64,000 nucleotides of DNA from an uncultured bacterium (GCA_963977015.1 CAXBMO010000012.1:32001-96000); one strand, 5' to 3'; shown: positions 30,355 to 39,411, numbered from the stretch's first letter. Made by a program: numbers and translations. Notes: generated from the sequence alone by a model not told the origin.

Positions 30355-30522
30355 AAGATGGGCATCCTAGCGTGGGCAATTTGATTCGTAAAGCACTGCG
30401 ATTTGAGAATCGAGCTTCGGGTTGGCGACTTGAAAACCCGCTCTCGCGACGGCGATCGTGAATCTCGAAAATTATTAAAGTAATAAATATAGTTAATAAT
30501 TCTTGATTAAATGAGGCGTGGT

Positions 30523-30599
30523 GATAATTGTCACAATCACCGCAACTGCGGGAGTCTTTTCAGAGAACATCGAAAACGAGTCATAGATAATTGTCACAA
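30523..30599. repeat. Exact 14-bp direct repeat GATAATTGTCACAA (two copies, 63 bp apart)
   Basis: Copies at 30523-30536 and 30586-30599; the first lies within the near-palindrome GTGATAATTGTCAC. Confidence 0.8.
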
Positions 30600-30692
30600 C
30601 GCTGATCGGCTAATCGTGGAGAGGGAAACGCCTCGGGATTGAGAGATTGGACGACGAAGGAAAAACGAGACGCCTCGTGACAGGTTAGTAGC

Positions 30693-30749
30693 CAGCCGCT
30701 GATCCGGGAAAAATTGGTTTTGTGCCCCGGACAGCGGCTGTTTCCTTTT
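30693..30749 (+). terminator. Intrinsic terminator-like hairpin with plus-strand U-tract
   Basis: CAGCCGCTG(A)TCCGGG / CCCGGACAGCGGCTG stem followed by TTTCCTTTT. Confidence 0.55.
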
Positions 30750-30784
30750 CAAAACGCGCCAAGCGAGCCGCCGACGAACCAGAA

Positions 30785-31438
30785 TCAGAGTTTTGCGGCG
30801 TTCGTGACGAATTGGCGGACCAATTCCGGGTCCTTGATTCCGGGGGCCGATTCCACGCCACTCGCGGTGTCGACCGCATGAGGCGATACCGCACGGACCG
30901 CATCCGCCACGTTCTCCGGAGTAAGCCCACCGGCCAGGATCACGAGCTTTCCAGGATTCTCAGCCATCACGCGTTTGGCGACTTCCCAACGAAACGCCTT
31001 CCCGGTCCCGCCAAACTGCTTCGGATCGAACGCGTCCAGAAGCCAATGGGTTTGGGCAAACTCGGTCGGATCGTGAACCAGTTGATCGCCGCTCACGCCG
31101 ATCGCTTTGATCACGGGCAGGCCGAACGCGGAAACTTCGTCGCAAAACTCCGGCGATTCCTTCCCGTGCAGCTGAAGCGCATCCAACACGCAGAGATCGA
31201 CGGCCGCTTCGATTTCATCAATCGAGGCGTCGACAAACAACCCCACGCGGCAAACCTGGCCGGCCAATTCCCCGAGCCATGTCGCCGCCTCTTCCGGAGC
31301 GATGAACCGCTTTGAACGCGGCCAGAAATTCAGCCCAATCGCGTCTGCTCCGGCGTCGATGACCTCGCGCGAGTTCTCCAGGCTTCGCAACCCGCAGATT
31401 TTCACGCGGGGCGACTCGGATGGTTCAAAAAACTTCAT
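30785..31438 (-). CDS. trpF: Phosphoribosylanthranilate isomerase
   Basis: VKICGL, QLHG.E, GGTG..F.W, LAGGLTPENV, VDTASGVE. Confidence 0.95.
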   Translation of the reverse strand: MKFFEPSESPRVKICGLRSLENSREVIDAGADAIGLNFWPRSKRFIAPEEAATWLGELAGQVCRVGLFVDASIDEIEAAVDLCVLDALQLHGKESPEFCDEVSAFGLPVIKAIGVSGDQLVHDPTEFAQTHWLLDAFDPKQFGGTGKAFRWEVAKRVMAENPGKLVILAGGLTPENVADAVRAVSPHAVDTASGVESAPGIKDPELVRQFVTNAAKL

Positions 31439-31475
31439 GGACCGCAACGTCACCGTTCCAGGCAAAACCGTCAAC

Positions 31476-32630
31476 TCAGGCAGGTTCCGGCTTTTCGATC
31501 GCAACGCGCTTGTCAGTTCGCATCGATGCCTTCAACCACGCCCACGTCAGAATTCCGGTCAGCGACACCATCGCGATGGCAACGAGCCCGCTCTTCAGAT
31601 CGTTTCCGATCCAGGGCAGGGTATCGGCGACGTCCTTCTGCGTCATGGTTCGAAACGATTCGTAGGCGAAAATCCAGCCCGCGTGGAGACCGATCGCGAG
31701 CCAGAGCGAACGGGTCTTGAGCCGCGTGTAACCGAGAATCCAGCCAATGATGAAGAGCGTGGTGAATTCCGCGATGATGAAGCGGGGATCGCCGAATTGC
31801 TTGAAAATCTGGCCGAGCAACCAGAACCCGGTCGTCGATTCAACCCCATGGACACCCAGAATGAAGCGATCGGCCTGACGGAGGCGAATCCGGTGCGACT
31901 TCTCGCCTTCGTGATACTCCACCTTCCGCTTGTCGAAGGGTTGAATCAACACCAGCTTCGAGCCTTCCGGAATCGCGATCGCTTTCCCGTTGGAAACCCG
32001 TTCCGCAGAGATGTCATAGGGGACCGTGACCGCGTATTCTTCGGGCGGTTTGAGAAAGTGGACTGCGGCAAAAAACGCGGAAACGAAGAGCAAGGCACCG
32101 AGTCGGCGGGTCTTGCGCAAACTGAGGCCGAGAAGGCAGCCCCGAAAGAAGAATTCCTCGGCAAAGGCGACCACCAGCGCCGTCAGCATCCATTGGTGAA
32201 AGACCTTGAGGAGGTCCGGCGCATCGGTTTTAACCGAAAAGACATCAAAGCGCAGCAACGCCAACCCCACCACCAGCATCCACAGCGAGGCAATCGCGAA
32301 CCCGAACCCGAAGTGCTTGAGCCGGTGTGGATTCTTTTTCAGCTGAAGCAGTTCTTTCGGTGAAATCTTCAACCACATGAACAGCGGAATCAGATAAACC
32401 AGGGCGCTGAGTTGAATCGCGCGGTTCCAATAGCGGGGCAAACTCGCGCGCTTCAACTCGGAGTGCAGATCCACCTTCAGGACCGGAATCGGCTTTCCCT
32501 CGAATCTCGCCTCCTCCACGGCTGTTTTTCCCCAGTCATAGAAAATCGGGGCGAGGTAGGATCCTGTCACGATGACGGCCGTCACATAGACAAGGACTTT
32601 GAAGATGTCGCTTTGGAAGAGTTTGCTCAC
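31476..32630 (-). CDS. CPBP (CAAX/Abi-like) intramembrane metalloprotease
   Basis: EEFFFRG, FFAAVH, IGLHAGW motifs; multi-TM; GTG start assumed. Confidence 0.88.
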   Translation of the reverse strand: MSKLFQSDIFKVLVYVTAVIVTGSYLAPIFYDWGKTAVEEARFEGKPIPVLKVDLHSELKRASLPRYWNRAIQLSALVYLIPLFMWLKISPKELLQLKKNPHRLKHFGFGFAIASLWMLVVGLALLRFDVFSVKTDAPDLLKVFHQWMLTALVVAFAEEFFFRGCLLGLSLRKTRRLGALLFVSAFFAAVHFLKPPEEYAVTVPYDISAERVSNGKAIAIPEGSKLVLIQPFDKRKVEYHEGEKSHRIRLRQADRFILGVHGVESTTGFWLLGQIFKQFGDPRFIIAEFTTLFIIGWILGYTRLKTRSLWLAIGLHAGWIFAYESFRTMTQKDVADTLPWIGNDLKSGLVAIAMVSLTGILTWAWLKASMRTDKRVAIEKPEPA

Positions 32631-32852
32631 GAACAACGAGCTTGTCGAACAAACGGTGAAGCGCGTCAAAGCGAAAAGTGGAAGTTCTTCGTCAGGATTG
32701 GCGCCCCTGTCGTCACCACAGGCGCGGCCGATTGCCGGGGCGGCCTCCTTCATGCCCGAGACCTCGAGGCTAACGAAGAACCTGGGTTTTTGATGGTCTC
32801 GCCCGGCTCAACCGCCGGTTCATGCAATTCCCTCAGGATTCCGGACGATCAC

Positions 32853-33650
32853 TCACGCACCGTCCTGCGGCACCAGCGTCGTCAGCTCCTGCATGGTCGC
32901 CGCGATATCGCCGCTTCGCATCAGCGTTTCACCGACCAGAATCGCGTCGGAGCCCCACTCGGCCACTTGCCGGGCATCCGCGCCGTTCTTGATCCCGCTT
33001 TCGCTCACCAAGACCATGTCCGGCGGCAATTCCTGGCTCAACAACTCCGTCGCGGCCAAATCCACCTGGAACGTCTTCAAATTGCGATTGTTCACCCCAA
33101 TGATGCGCGCCTCCGTCTCCAGCGCCCGCTCCATCTCCGGCAAATCATGCACCTCCATCAGCACGTCCAAATGGTGCGTGTGCGCGCAATCCAGCAGTTC
33201 CACCAGGCGGGATTGCTCCAAGGCCGCCACAATCAGCAGAACGGCATCGGCCCCGGCCACCACCGCCTCATAAATCTGGCATTCGTCGATGATGAAATCC
33301 TTCCGCAACACCGGAATCGACACCGCTTCGCGAATCTGGGTCAAATAGCTCAGGTGTCCCTGAAAATACTGTTCATCCGTCAGCACTGAAATCGCGCTCG
33401 CCCCTGCCGCCTCATACTCCGTCGCAATGTTCACCGGATCAAAATCTTCACAAATCACTCCGGCTGAGGGAGATGCCTTCTTCACTTCCGCGATCACGGA
33501 TAGTTCCTCGCGGTTGGTCGCCAAGGCATCAAACAACGACCGAAATTCATTTCGCTCCAGCGCAGCCAGCCGCAAATGCTCCGCTTTCGGCTTCAGGCGA
33601 TCCACCTCCTCGCGCTTCGTTTCCAGGATTTGCTTCAACTTATCGTTCAT
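32853..33650 (-). CDS. trpC: Indole-3-glycerol phosphate synthase
   Basis: IAEVKKASPSAG, LRKDFI, GVNNRNL, SESGI, LVGE. Confidence 0.96.
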   Translation of the reverse strand: MNDKLKQILETKREEVDRLKPKAEHLRLAALERNEFRSLFDALATNREELSVIAEVKKASPSAGVICEDFDPVNIATEYEAAGASAISVLTDEQYFQGHLSYLTQIREAVSIPVLRKDFIIDECQIYEAVVAGADAVLLIVAALEQSRLVELLDCAHTHHLDVLMEVHDLPEMERALETEARIIGVNNRNLKTFQVDLAATELLSQELPPDMVLVSESGIKNGADARQVAEWGSDAILVGETLMRSGDIAATMQELTTLVPQDGA

Positions 33651-33699
33651 CGAGGTCCGCACTAAACGCCGAAATCTTGAAACTGAAACCACTTTCCAC

Positions 33700-33728
33700 T
33701 TGCAGAACGCGCTCCTCCGTCAGATAAT
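33700..33728 (+). promoter_or_regulatory. Sigma70-like promoter of tRNA-Gly
   Basis: TTGCAG-17 bp-GATAAT followed by a GC-rich discriminator CCCCGCC. Confidence 0.55.
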
Positions 33729-33759
33729 CCCCGCCCGGCAAACGCCGGACTACCACAAA

Positions 33760-33831
33760 GCGGGTGTAGCTCAGTGGTAGAGCACTTCCTTGCCAAGGAA
33801 GATGTCGTGAGTTCGAATCTCATCACCCGCT
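33760..33831 (+). tRNA. tRNA-Gly (GCC), CCA not encoded
   Basis: GCGGGTG/CACCCGC acceptor stem, TAGCTCAGTGGTAGAGC D-arm, TTCCT-TGCCAA-GGAA anticodon arm, GTTCGAATC T-loop. Confidence 0.96.
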
Positions 33832-34175
33832 CTTTTTTCTTCTCAGGCAGAGGCTACACCAAAGTTTGGGGTTGTTGTTTTTCATCCGCACTCCGCAATG
33901 ACTCGGAGGCGGCCCTGATCACGAACGAAGCCCAGTCGAGAACGGCTAACGGCTGCGTTTTTTGTCCGGGTTCTTGTTCCGATGGTTGTTCGACGACCTT
34001 CAACCGGTTTTCGAGGGGGCTAAGATTTGGCCACGCCAACTCAGTTTCCCGGTTTGCACCGGTATGTTGACATATTATCAACATGCTGGAGCGAATCGAA
34101 CTGTTTTTGAAGCCCAGGCGCTTGCCGGAAGTGGAGGCCTTGTCTTGATTTCGCGGAGTACGGCTCCGCGGCACC

Positions 34176-34332
34176 ATGATCGACCGCAAACACCTCCTCA
34201 CCGACCTCCGCATCCCGTTGCTCTGAAGCTCCGGACCTAGGCAAACACCTTCGGGCGCAATATGTCGCGGCGAAAAAGGCCAAACGCACCGGTCACGCCC
34301 ACGAAACTTGGCGAGGGGACGCACTGACGCAG
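34176..34332 (+). pseudogene. 5' relic resembling BREX-2 (Pgl) PglX methyltransferase
   Basis: MIDRKHLLTDL, then after a frameshift RCSEAPDLGKHLRAQYVAAKKAKRTGHAHETWRGDALTQ; recalled resemblance to PglX N-termini, not searched. Confidence 0.55.
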
Positions 34333-34851
34333 AACACGGTTAGAGGCAAGTCGCAGCCTTTTCTGAACACAGGAGGTGACACTAATCTTGTGTGTGTGAA
34401 ACGGACGTCCTGGAATGTCGTTCCCATTGGCCCAAGCTATTCGGAATCAGCTTCTCGAAAGTGACCTGCCACCACGATGAAATGAGGGCGGTCAGAAACA
34501 AGTGGTGGATTGAGACCCCGATTCCTAGAAAGTGGAATCGACTCCACTCGCCCCCCCAAATGCTGAAGATGGAGCGGTAGTATTGTGAAATTTTGCAGGC
34601 AGGTCTCTCAATCAGCTAATAGCCACTGCAATCGAAAGCGAGCCTGGAGTGTCTGCAGCAGGAGATGACTATGGGCTTCGATACTCGGGCAGCAAATCTA
34701 CCTCGGTGATTCGCGGACTGCTATGGTTCGTTGGAAGCTGATTAGGATGAGAGGGTCGAATTGGCCAGGAAATACGCCCCAGAACAATTCGCCCGGCTCA
34801 TGCAAACTATTTTTATATTGTATGATAATCAGTATAAATTAGAGTTCATCT

Positions 34852-35493
34852 ATGATTAAGAAAATCACCGATTCGGATTCAGCTCTCGAAGACTGGTTTT
34901 CGTTTCGAAACTTAGTTGGCACGATCCTCGCTGCTGCCTGTATTTTCGCTGGCTACGGTTGGCTCATGCACCGGTTCTTTGAAAATCCGGGTGCTGTGGG
35001 CGATGCTTTCGGTGCTTTGAATGCGTTCGTCGCGTTTCTGGCGTTTGCTGGCTTGGTCATTACCTTGACACTCCAGCGCCGCGATCTCCACCTTCAGAAA
35101 CAGAGCCTCGACGAACAAATCGCTGAGTCCCGAAAATCAGCTCAAGCACTTGAGAACCAAGTTCGCATCACTGCATTGTCCGCTCAGCTCAACAGTCTTC
35201 CTGAGTTGATCGCTGACAAGAATCGCGTGATCGGCACCATCTATTCGCACTTCCAGCTCAAATTCACTGACAAAAGTTCAAGAATCGGACGCCAACTAAA
35301 GAACGATTTCCCTGTTAATGTTACCTCCCGCCAAGTCAGAGAATTCAACACTCTCTTTACTGAGTTAGCCAAAACCCACACCGGACTTGAACACGATCTG
35401 GCTAAAGAGGCATCCGAAAACCTTGTGGCTTTGAAGAAGTTGAGAACTGAACTCAGCCTTCTTTACCAGCAAATAAAATTGCTTACCCAGTAA
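34852..35493 (+). CDS. Membrane protein with an Abi-like (putAbiC-type) N-terminal TM/coiled-coil region
   Basis: GAVGDAFGALNAFVAFLAFAGLVITLTLQRRDL..Q motif; lower GC than flanks. Confidence 0.65.
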   Translation: MIKKITDSDSALEDWFSFRNLVGTILAAACIFAGYGWLMHRFFENPGAVGDAFGALNAFVAFLAFAGLVITLTLQRRDLHLQKQSLDEQIAESRKSAQALENQVRITALSAQLNSLPELIADKNRVIGTIYSHFQLKFTDKSSRIGRQLKNDFPVNVTSRQVREFNTLFTELAKTHTGLEHDLAKEASENLVALKKLRTELSLLYQQIKLLTQ

Positions 35494-35536
35494 ACCATGG
35501 CCACAGAACTCCTCGCGACATTTTCTGGCCTCGTCA

Positions 35537-35932
35537 TCACCGACTCGGCGGTTCCGCTCTCTCCTGCTTTCCGAGCCCAACCAGACACGGAAACATTTTC
35601 GAGTGTTCTTCACCTCTATTCCCCACCACCCCATATTCCTTCTCCAGCCGCTTCACCTCCCGTTCAAACGCCTTGACCAGGTGGGCGTTCTTCCCGATCT
35701 CCTCGAGCTCCCGGTTCGCCGCGAACAGCAAGTCCTAGCGCCGTTTCACGCTTTCTGGAGCATCAAGCCACACCTTCACCAACTTTTCCTCCGTCTGGAG
35801 AAGCCGCGGCCGTCCTGTCGGCTTAGAACCTTTTACGGCCCCATTCTTTTCCGCAGCCGGCAGTTCGACGATTTGATCGCGCTTGTTACCGCTGGTCTTA
35901 GTGAGTTGATCGAGGTTTCCCGTCAGTTTCAT
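35537..35932 (-). pseudogene. ParA-partner (ParG/RHH-like) gene split by an in-frame TAG
   Basis: ORFs 35735-35932 and 35537-35731 are in the same frame, separated by one TAG; GRPR motif; directly downstream of the parA relic. Confidence 0.55.
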
Positions 35933-35940
35933 GGCTTCTT

Positions 35941-36500
35941 TTAGGAGGTAGGTTGTTTGCTCAGCCCCAAGTGCTCGAAGATCGCCTCAGATTGCTCGAT
36001 CAGATCCCGCATCTGATAGGCTTGGAGCTTGCCTTCTGGGCTTTTTCGTGCACCGATTCAGGCACGTTGATCACTTCCTGGATGTAGGCGGATTTGCGGA
36101 TCAGAAAGAACGGGTAGTCCGGAAATTCGTCAGCGAAAACTGACCGCAATTCCGCGGTTCGTTCTGCCCCTTCCTCCATGTTCCCCACAATGACGATCTT
36201 GGAATTGTGCTTCTCCAACTGGCGGATGGCGCGTTTGGCCCGTTTCACCTCCTCGATACCGTAAATGCACGGAATCAAGACCCAGTCGGCTTTCTCGACC
36301 GCGTCGATCACGACCGGCTCGTCAATCCCTGCTTTCCAATCAAAGACCACTCCGACGTTCTTGGGAATTTCCGGCAGCTTGGCTTCATTGCGCGTTTTCC
36401 AGACGCGGTTTTCCGCAAAGAACTCATCGACCGAGCTGTCGATGTCGTTGGTGATGACTCACAGCCCGAACTGATACGCGAGCGCGTGCGAAAGAGTTGA
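35941..36500 (-). pseudogene. ParA family ATPase pseudogene
   Basis: STLSHALAYQFGL*VITND...VVFD...ADWVLIP...IVIVGN; Walker A missing, in-frame TGA at 36459-36461, frameshift near 36030. Confidence 0.75.
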
Positions 36501-36727
36501 TCGCTTCTTCGTGGCTCAATTTGGATTGGGCTGCGCGCCGTTTGGCTTCTTCCACAGTGCTTTTGGCTTCGTCCCATTCGGCTTCGCCAGAGCGGTGCTT
36601 TCGCCTTTCCTGTAATTCGACCTGTTCGCGCACGAAGCGCTGCAGAGCCGCTCCATTCTCGGGGAATCTCCGTCGCAGACGACCTCTCACGATTAGCTGT
36701 TTATCTGGGAGACGAAGCAACAAAGGG

Positions 36728-36968
36728 CTACTTGTCACCCATCGGAGCCGGAACCTCTGACACCACCACATCCGTGTCCGGAGCTTCACCGGAATAAAAC
36801 GAGACGTAGTGGATATCCCCGATCACGGTGGCGTTGGCGTTGCCTGAATCCCATGCGATCGGACTGCCGATGGCGATGGCTTCGGATGCGGGCCAGCGGA
36901 GCGGGTGCTCGAAGGTGTCCTCCGGATCGGCGACCCGGCGGCGGAGGATTCCCCGGCCGCGCTCATAG
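36728..36968 (-). repeat. Orphan duplicate of the last 80 codons of the sialidase-like gene (37781-38021)
   Basis: Ungapped 241-bp alignment, about 40 mismatches by hand count (~83% identity), stop codon at the same position. Confidence 0.92.
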
Positions 36969-37113
36969 AATTGGGGTAACCGGACAGAGCCAGATATTGC
37001 GCCGCAACACGGGCCGGGTTGGTAGCGTTCGCCAGGCAAGAGAGCAGTGATGCTTGCCAAGCTTTCATTTTCCGGCAATTCGGGTATGATCAGGGAAACT
37101 AAGTTTCGAAATC

Positions 37114-37350
37114 ATGAGCACCTCTGCTGCCCAAATCCTCGATCAGGCCATGGCTCTGCCGGAAGAAGACCGCGAACAGATCGGTCTGACTCTGTTGCAG
37201 TCCACGTCTTCTCACGATCTCAGCCGTTCTGAACGCGACGCCATCAACGCAGTTCTGATCGACCGTGTGGACGGCCCGTTCAAGCCGATCTCGGAAACCT
37301 GGGCCGAGGACGCCAAGGCTCGATTGCGAAAACACCAGAGCAATGGCTAA
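37114..37350 (+). CDS. Addiction-module antitoxin-like protein
   Basis: ILDQAMALPEEDREQI...LL.S...W.E.AKARL pattern; overlaps the toxin start. Confidence 0.7.
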   Translation: MSTSAAQILDQAMALPEEDREQIGLTLLQSTSSHDLSRSERDAINAVLIDRVDGPFKPISETWAEDAKARLRKHQSNG

Positions 37351-37631
37351 TCTGCCATCCCGGCACGATGCTGTTGACTCCGATGTCGACGCCATTGCTC
37401 GCTTCATTTCCGGTCAAGGCTATCCCGAAGCCGCCGAGCGTCTATGAATCGGGGATTGCGCAGCTCGACGAACTTCCGATTCGCTCCCACACCGTTCCCT
37501 TCCCCGACCGGCCGAGCCGCCGGCCTTACAGTGTTTTTTACCGGGCCGATGGCGGACAAGTCCGTATCCTTTACGTCTACCGCACCTCTCGCAATGTTCC
37601 CGAACTAATGACTGAAGACGTGCGCACTTAG
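37343..37631 (+). pseudogene. RelE/ParE-like toxin, frameshifted
   Basis: MANLPSRHDAVDSDVDAIARFI...AAERL*, continuing in another frame as PYSVFYRADGGQVRILYVYRTSRN. Confidence 0.7.
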
Positions 37632-37780
37632 AGCGGACTGCTTCAGACGGGCAATTTTCCTATCCCGTCTCCAGACCACCTTGTTTCTGCAACTGCTTCC
37701 CCGCCTTCAATTCGCGCATCATTTGGCCCGGTAAGAATCTCAGGATGCTCCACGATGAGCCGACGCATGGCAACGAAAGG

Positions 37781-39322
37781 CTACTGCCCCGCTTCCGGCG
37801 CCAGAACCTCCGAAACCACGACAGCCGTATCCGGAGCCTTACCGGAATAAAACGAGACGTAGTGGGTGTCCCCAATCACAGTCGCGTTTGCGTTGCCTGA
37901 ATCCAAGGCGATCGGGCTGCCGATGGCGACGGCTTCGGAGGAGGGCCAACGACGCGGATGCTCGAAGATGTCCTTCGGATCGACGACGCGACGGCGGAGG
38001 ATTCCCCGGCCACGTTCATAGTAATAGTTGCTCAGCAATCCGGTTTCGGAATCGAGGATCAGGCTTGGCGTGGAGGCGTTGATATCGCCGATGTTGGTTC
38101 GTTCCCGCGTCCAGGTTTGGCCGGAGTCCGTGGAGATCATCTGGAATTGGGTGGATCCGCCGCTTTCCGTCCGTCCGATGGCGAGAATGCGGCCGTCGCC
38201 GAGATAGACCGCGGCGGGCTCGGTTGGCCAGTCCGGCTTGGTCAACTCGGACTCGATCGTTTTCTGGGTCCAGGTGGTGCCGTCATCGCGACTCGTCATC
38301 ACGCCCCACGAGTGAACGGCTTCCTCGCTGTAGTTTCCGGCGAACCAGAGCGCCATGAGCCCGACCTCGGGAACGGCAAAGGCGTCGGTGATCTGCATGG
38401 GCTGCACTTCCAGTTCAGGTGTCGCCACGAGTTCGAACTTCACTCCGTCCGTGGTGCGGTAGAGATCGTGGTGCTTTCCCTTTCCCCACCGGCGCACCCA
38501 GAGGAGCATCGCGCCCTTGGAGTCGAGTCCCTTTCCGACCGTGACCTCACCATAACCCGGCGTGTCGGCAATCACCGTTTCGGGGGTCCATGTTTTTCCA
38601 CCGTCGGTGGAGGTGCGCGCGTAAACTGCGCGGGCGTCTTCGCCGATCGTGTGGGCTGAGCCGCGGCTGTAGGCGCAGACCAGTGTTTCGCCGATTGCCT
38701 GGATCATCGGCCACGAGTTGTAGCCGCTCACGTCCTGGACGATCTGCGGTTCGGGAGGGGCGTTCAAGGGCGTTACCTTGACCACGGCCAGGCCGGTGGG
38801 ACGGGTGAAGGTATCGGCAGGAAGACCCGGCTCGCGCTGAATCCGCACCCACAGCGGCGCGTCCGGCACCACCTCGTAGTAGGATTCCAACTCGATGGTC
38901 CGGGAGTGAAGCGGTCCGGTGGGAAGCGGGGTTCGGACGGGCTTGCCAAGCGCGTAGCGCTCCGTGAACGGGGCATCGTCCACCAATTGGGACAGGTGAA
39001 CCCGGTAGACATCCTCGAATTCAGGGCTGGTCGTCTGGTCCGTCGTCGTGACCACGATCTCGACCCTGACGGCGACACAATCACCGGGAAGGGCGCCCAC
39101 GACTCCGGCGACCGACTGACCCGGCGTGCCACCGGAAAGCGACCACACCGGAATGTGGGTCGAGCCCTGCGACATGTTGACCAGCGAGGGCTGGCCCGTT
39201 GCGATCGACAAATCGTGCGCGGTCAGGTAGAAGGGAGTTTGCAAGGAAGGGGCGCGATCGCCGGCATCGAGGCTCGTGACGAGGGCGACAAGCAGAGCAA
39301 TGGAAAAGAGGGGTTTTTGCAT
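37781..39322 (-). CDS. Exported BNR/Asp-box sialidase-like protein with an N-terminal beta-rich domain
   Basis: Signal peptide; Asp boxes STDGGKTW, TTDGVKF, SRDDGTTW, STDSGQTW. Confidence 0.85.
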   Translation of the reverse strand: MQKPLFSIALLVALVTSLDAGDRAPSLQTPFYLTAHDLSIATGQPSLVNMSQGSTHIPVWSLSGGTPGQSVAGVVGALPGDCVAVRVEIVVTTTDQTTSPEFEDVYRVHLSQLVDDAPFTERYALGKPVRTPLPTGPLHSRTIELESYYEVVPDAPLWVRIQREPGLPADTFTRPTGLAVVKVTPLNAPPEPQIVQDVSGYNSWPMIQAIGETLVCAYSRGSAHTIGEDARAVYARTSTDGGKTWTPETVIADTPGYGEVTVGKGLDSKGAMLLWVRRWGKGKHHDLYRTTDGVKFELVATPELEVQPMQITDAFAVPEVGLMALWFAGNYSEEAVHSWGVMTSRDDGTTWTQKTIESELTKPDWPTEPAAVYLGDGRILAIGRTESGGSTQFQMISTDSGQTWTRERTNIGDINASTPSLILDSETGLLSNYYYERGRGILRRRVVDPKDIFEHPRRWPSSEAVAIGSPIALDSGNANATVIGDTHYVSFYSGKAPDTAVVVSEVLAPEAGQ

Positions 39323-39411
39323 GGGCTGATTTCTGTTCAGCCAAGAGTGCTGCCTTGTCATCTATTCTTGTCAGTCTGAGCGGGGTTTGACTCGACTGGG
39401 AATTTGAACAC

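Noticed and set aside
30470-30510. dif site or oriC
   Set aside because: No XerD arm (TTATGTTAAAT) and no DnaA boxes (TTATCCACA) seen; TATGTTAA at ~49152 also lacks a XerC arm
36459-36461. Stop-codon readthrough or alternative genetic code in parA and its partner
   Set aside because: The same genes also show truncation and a frameshift, and intact genes in the window end in TGA, TAG and TAA; decay is the simpler explanation
36728-38021. Diversity-generating retroelement TR/VR pair
   Set aside because: Mismatches are not adenine-specific and are largely synonymous; no reverse transcriptase in the window
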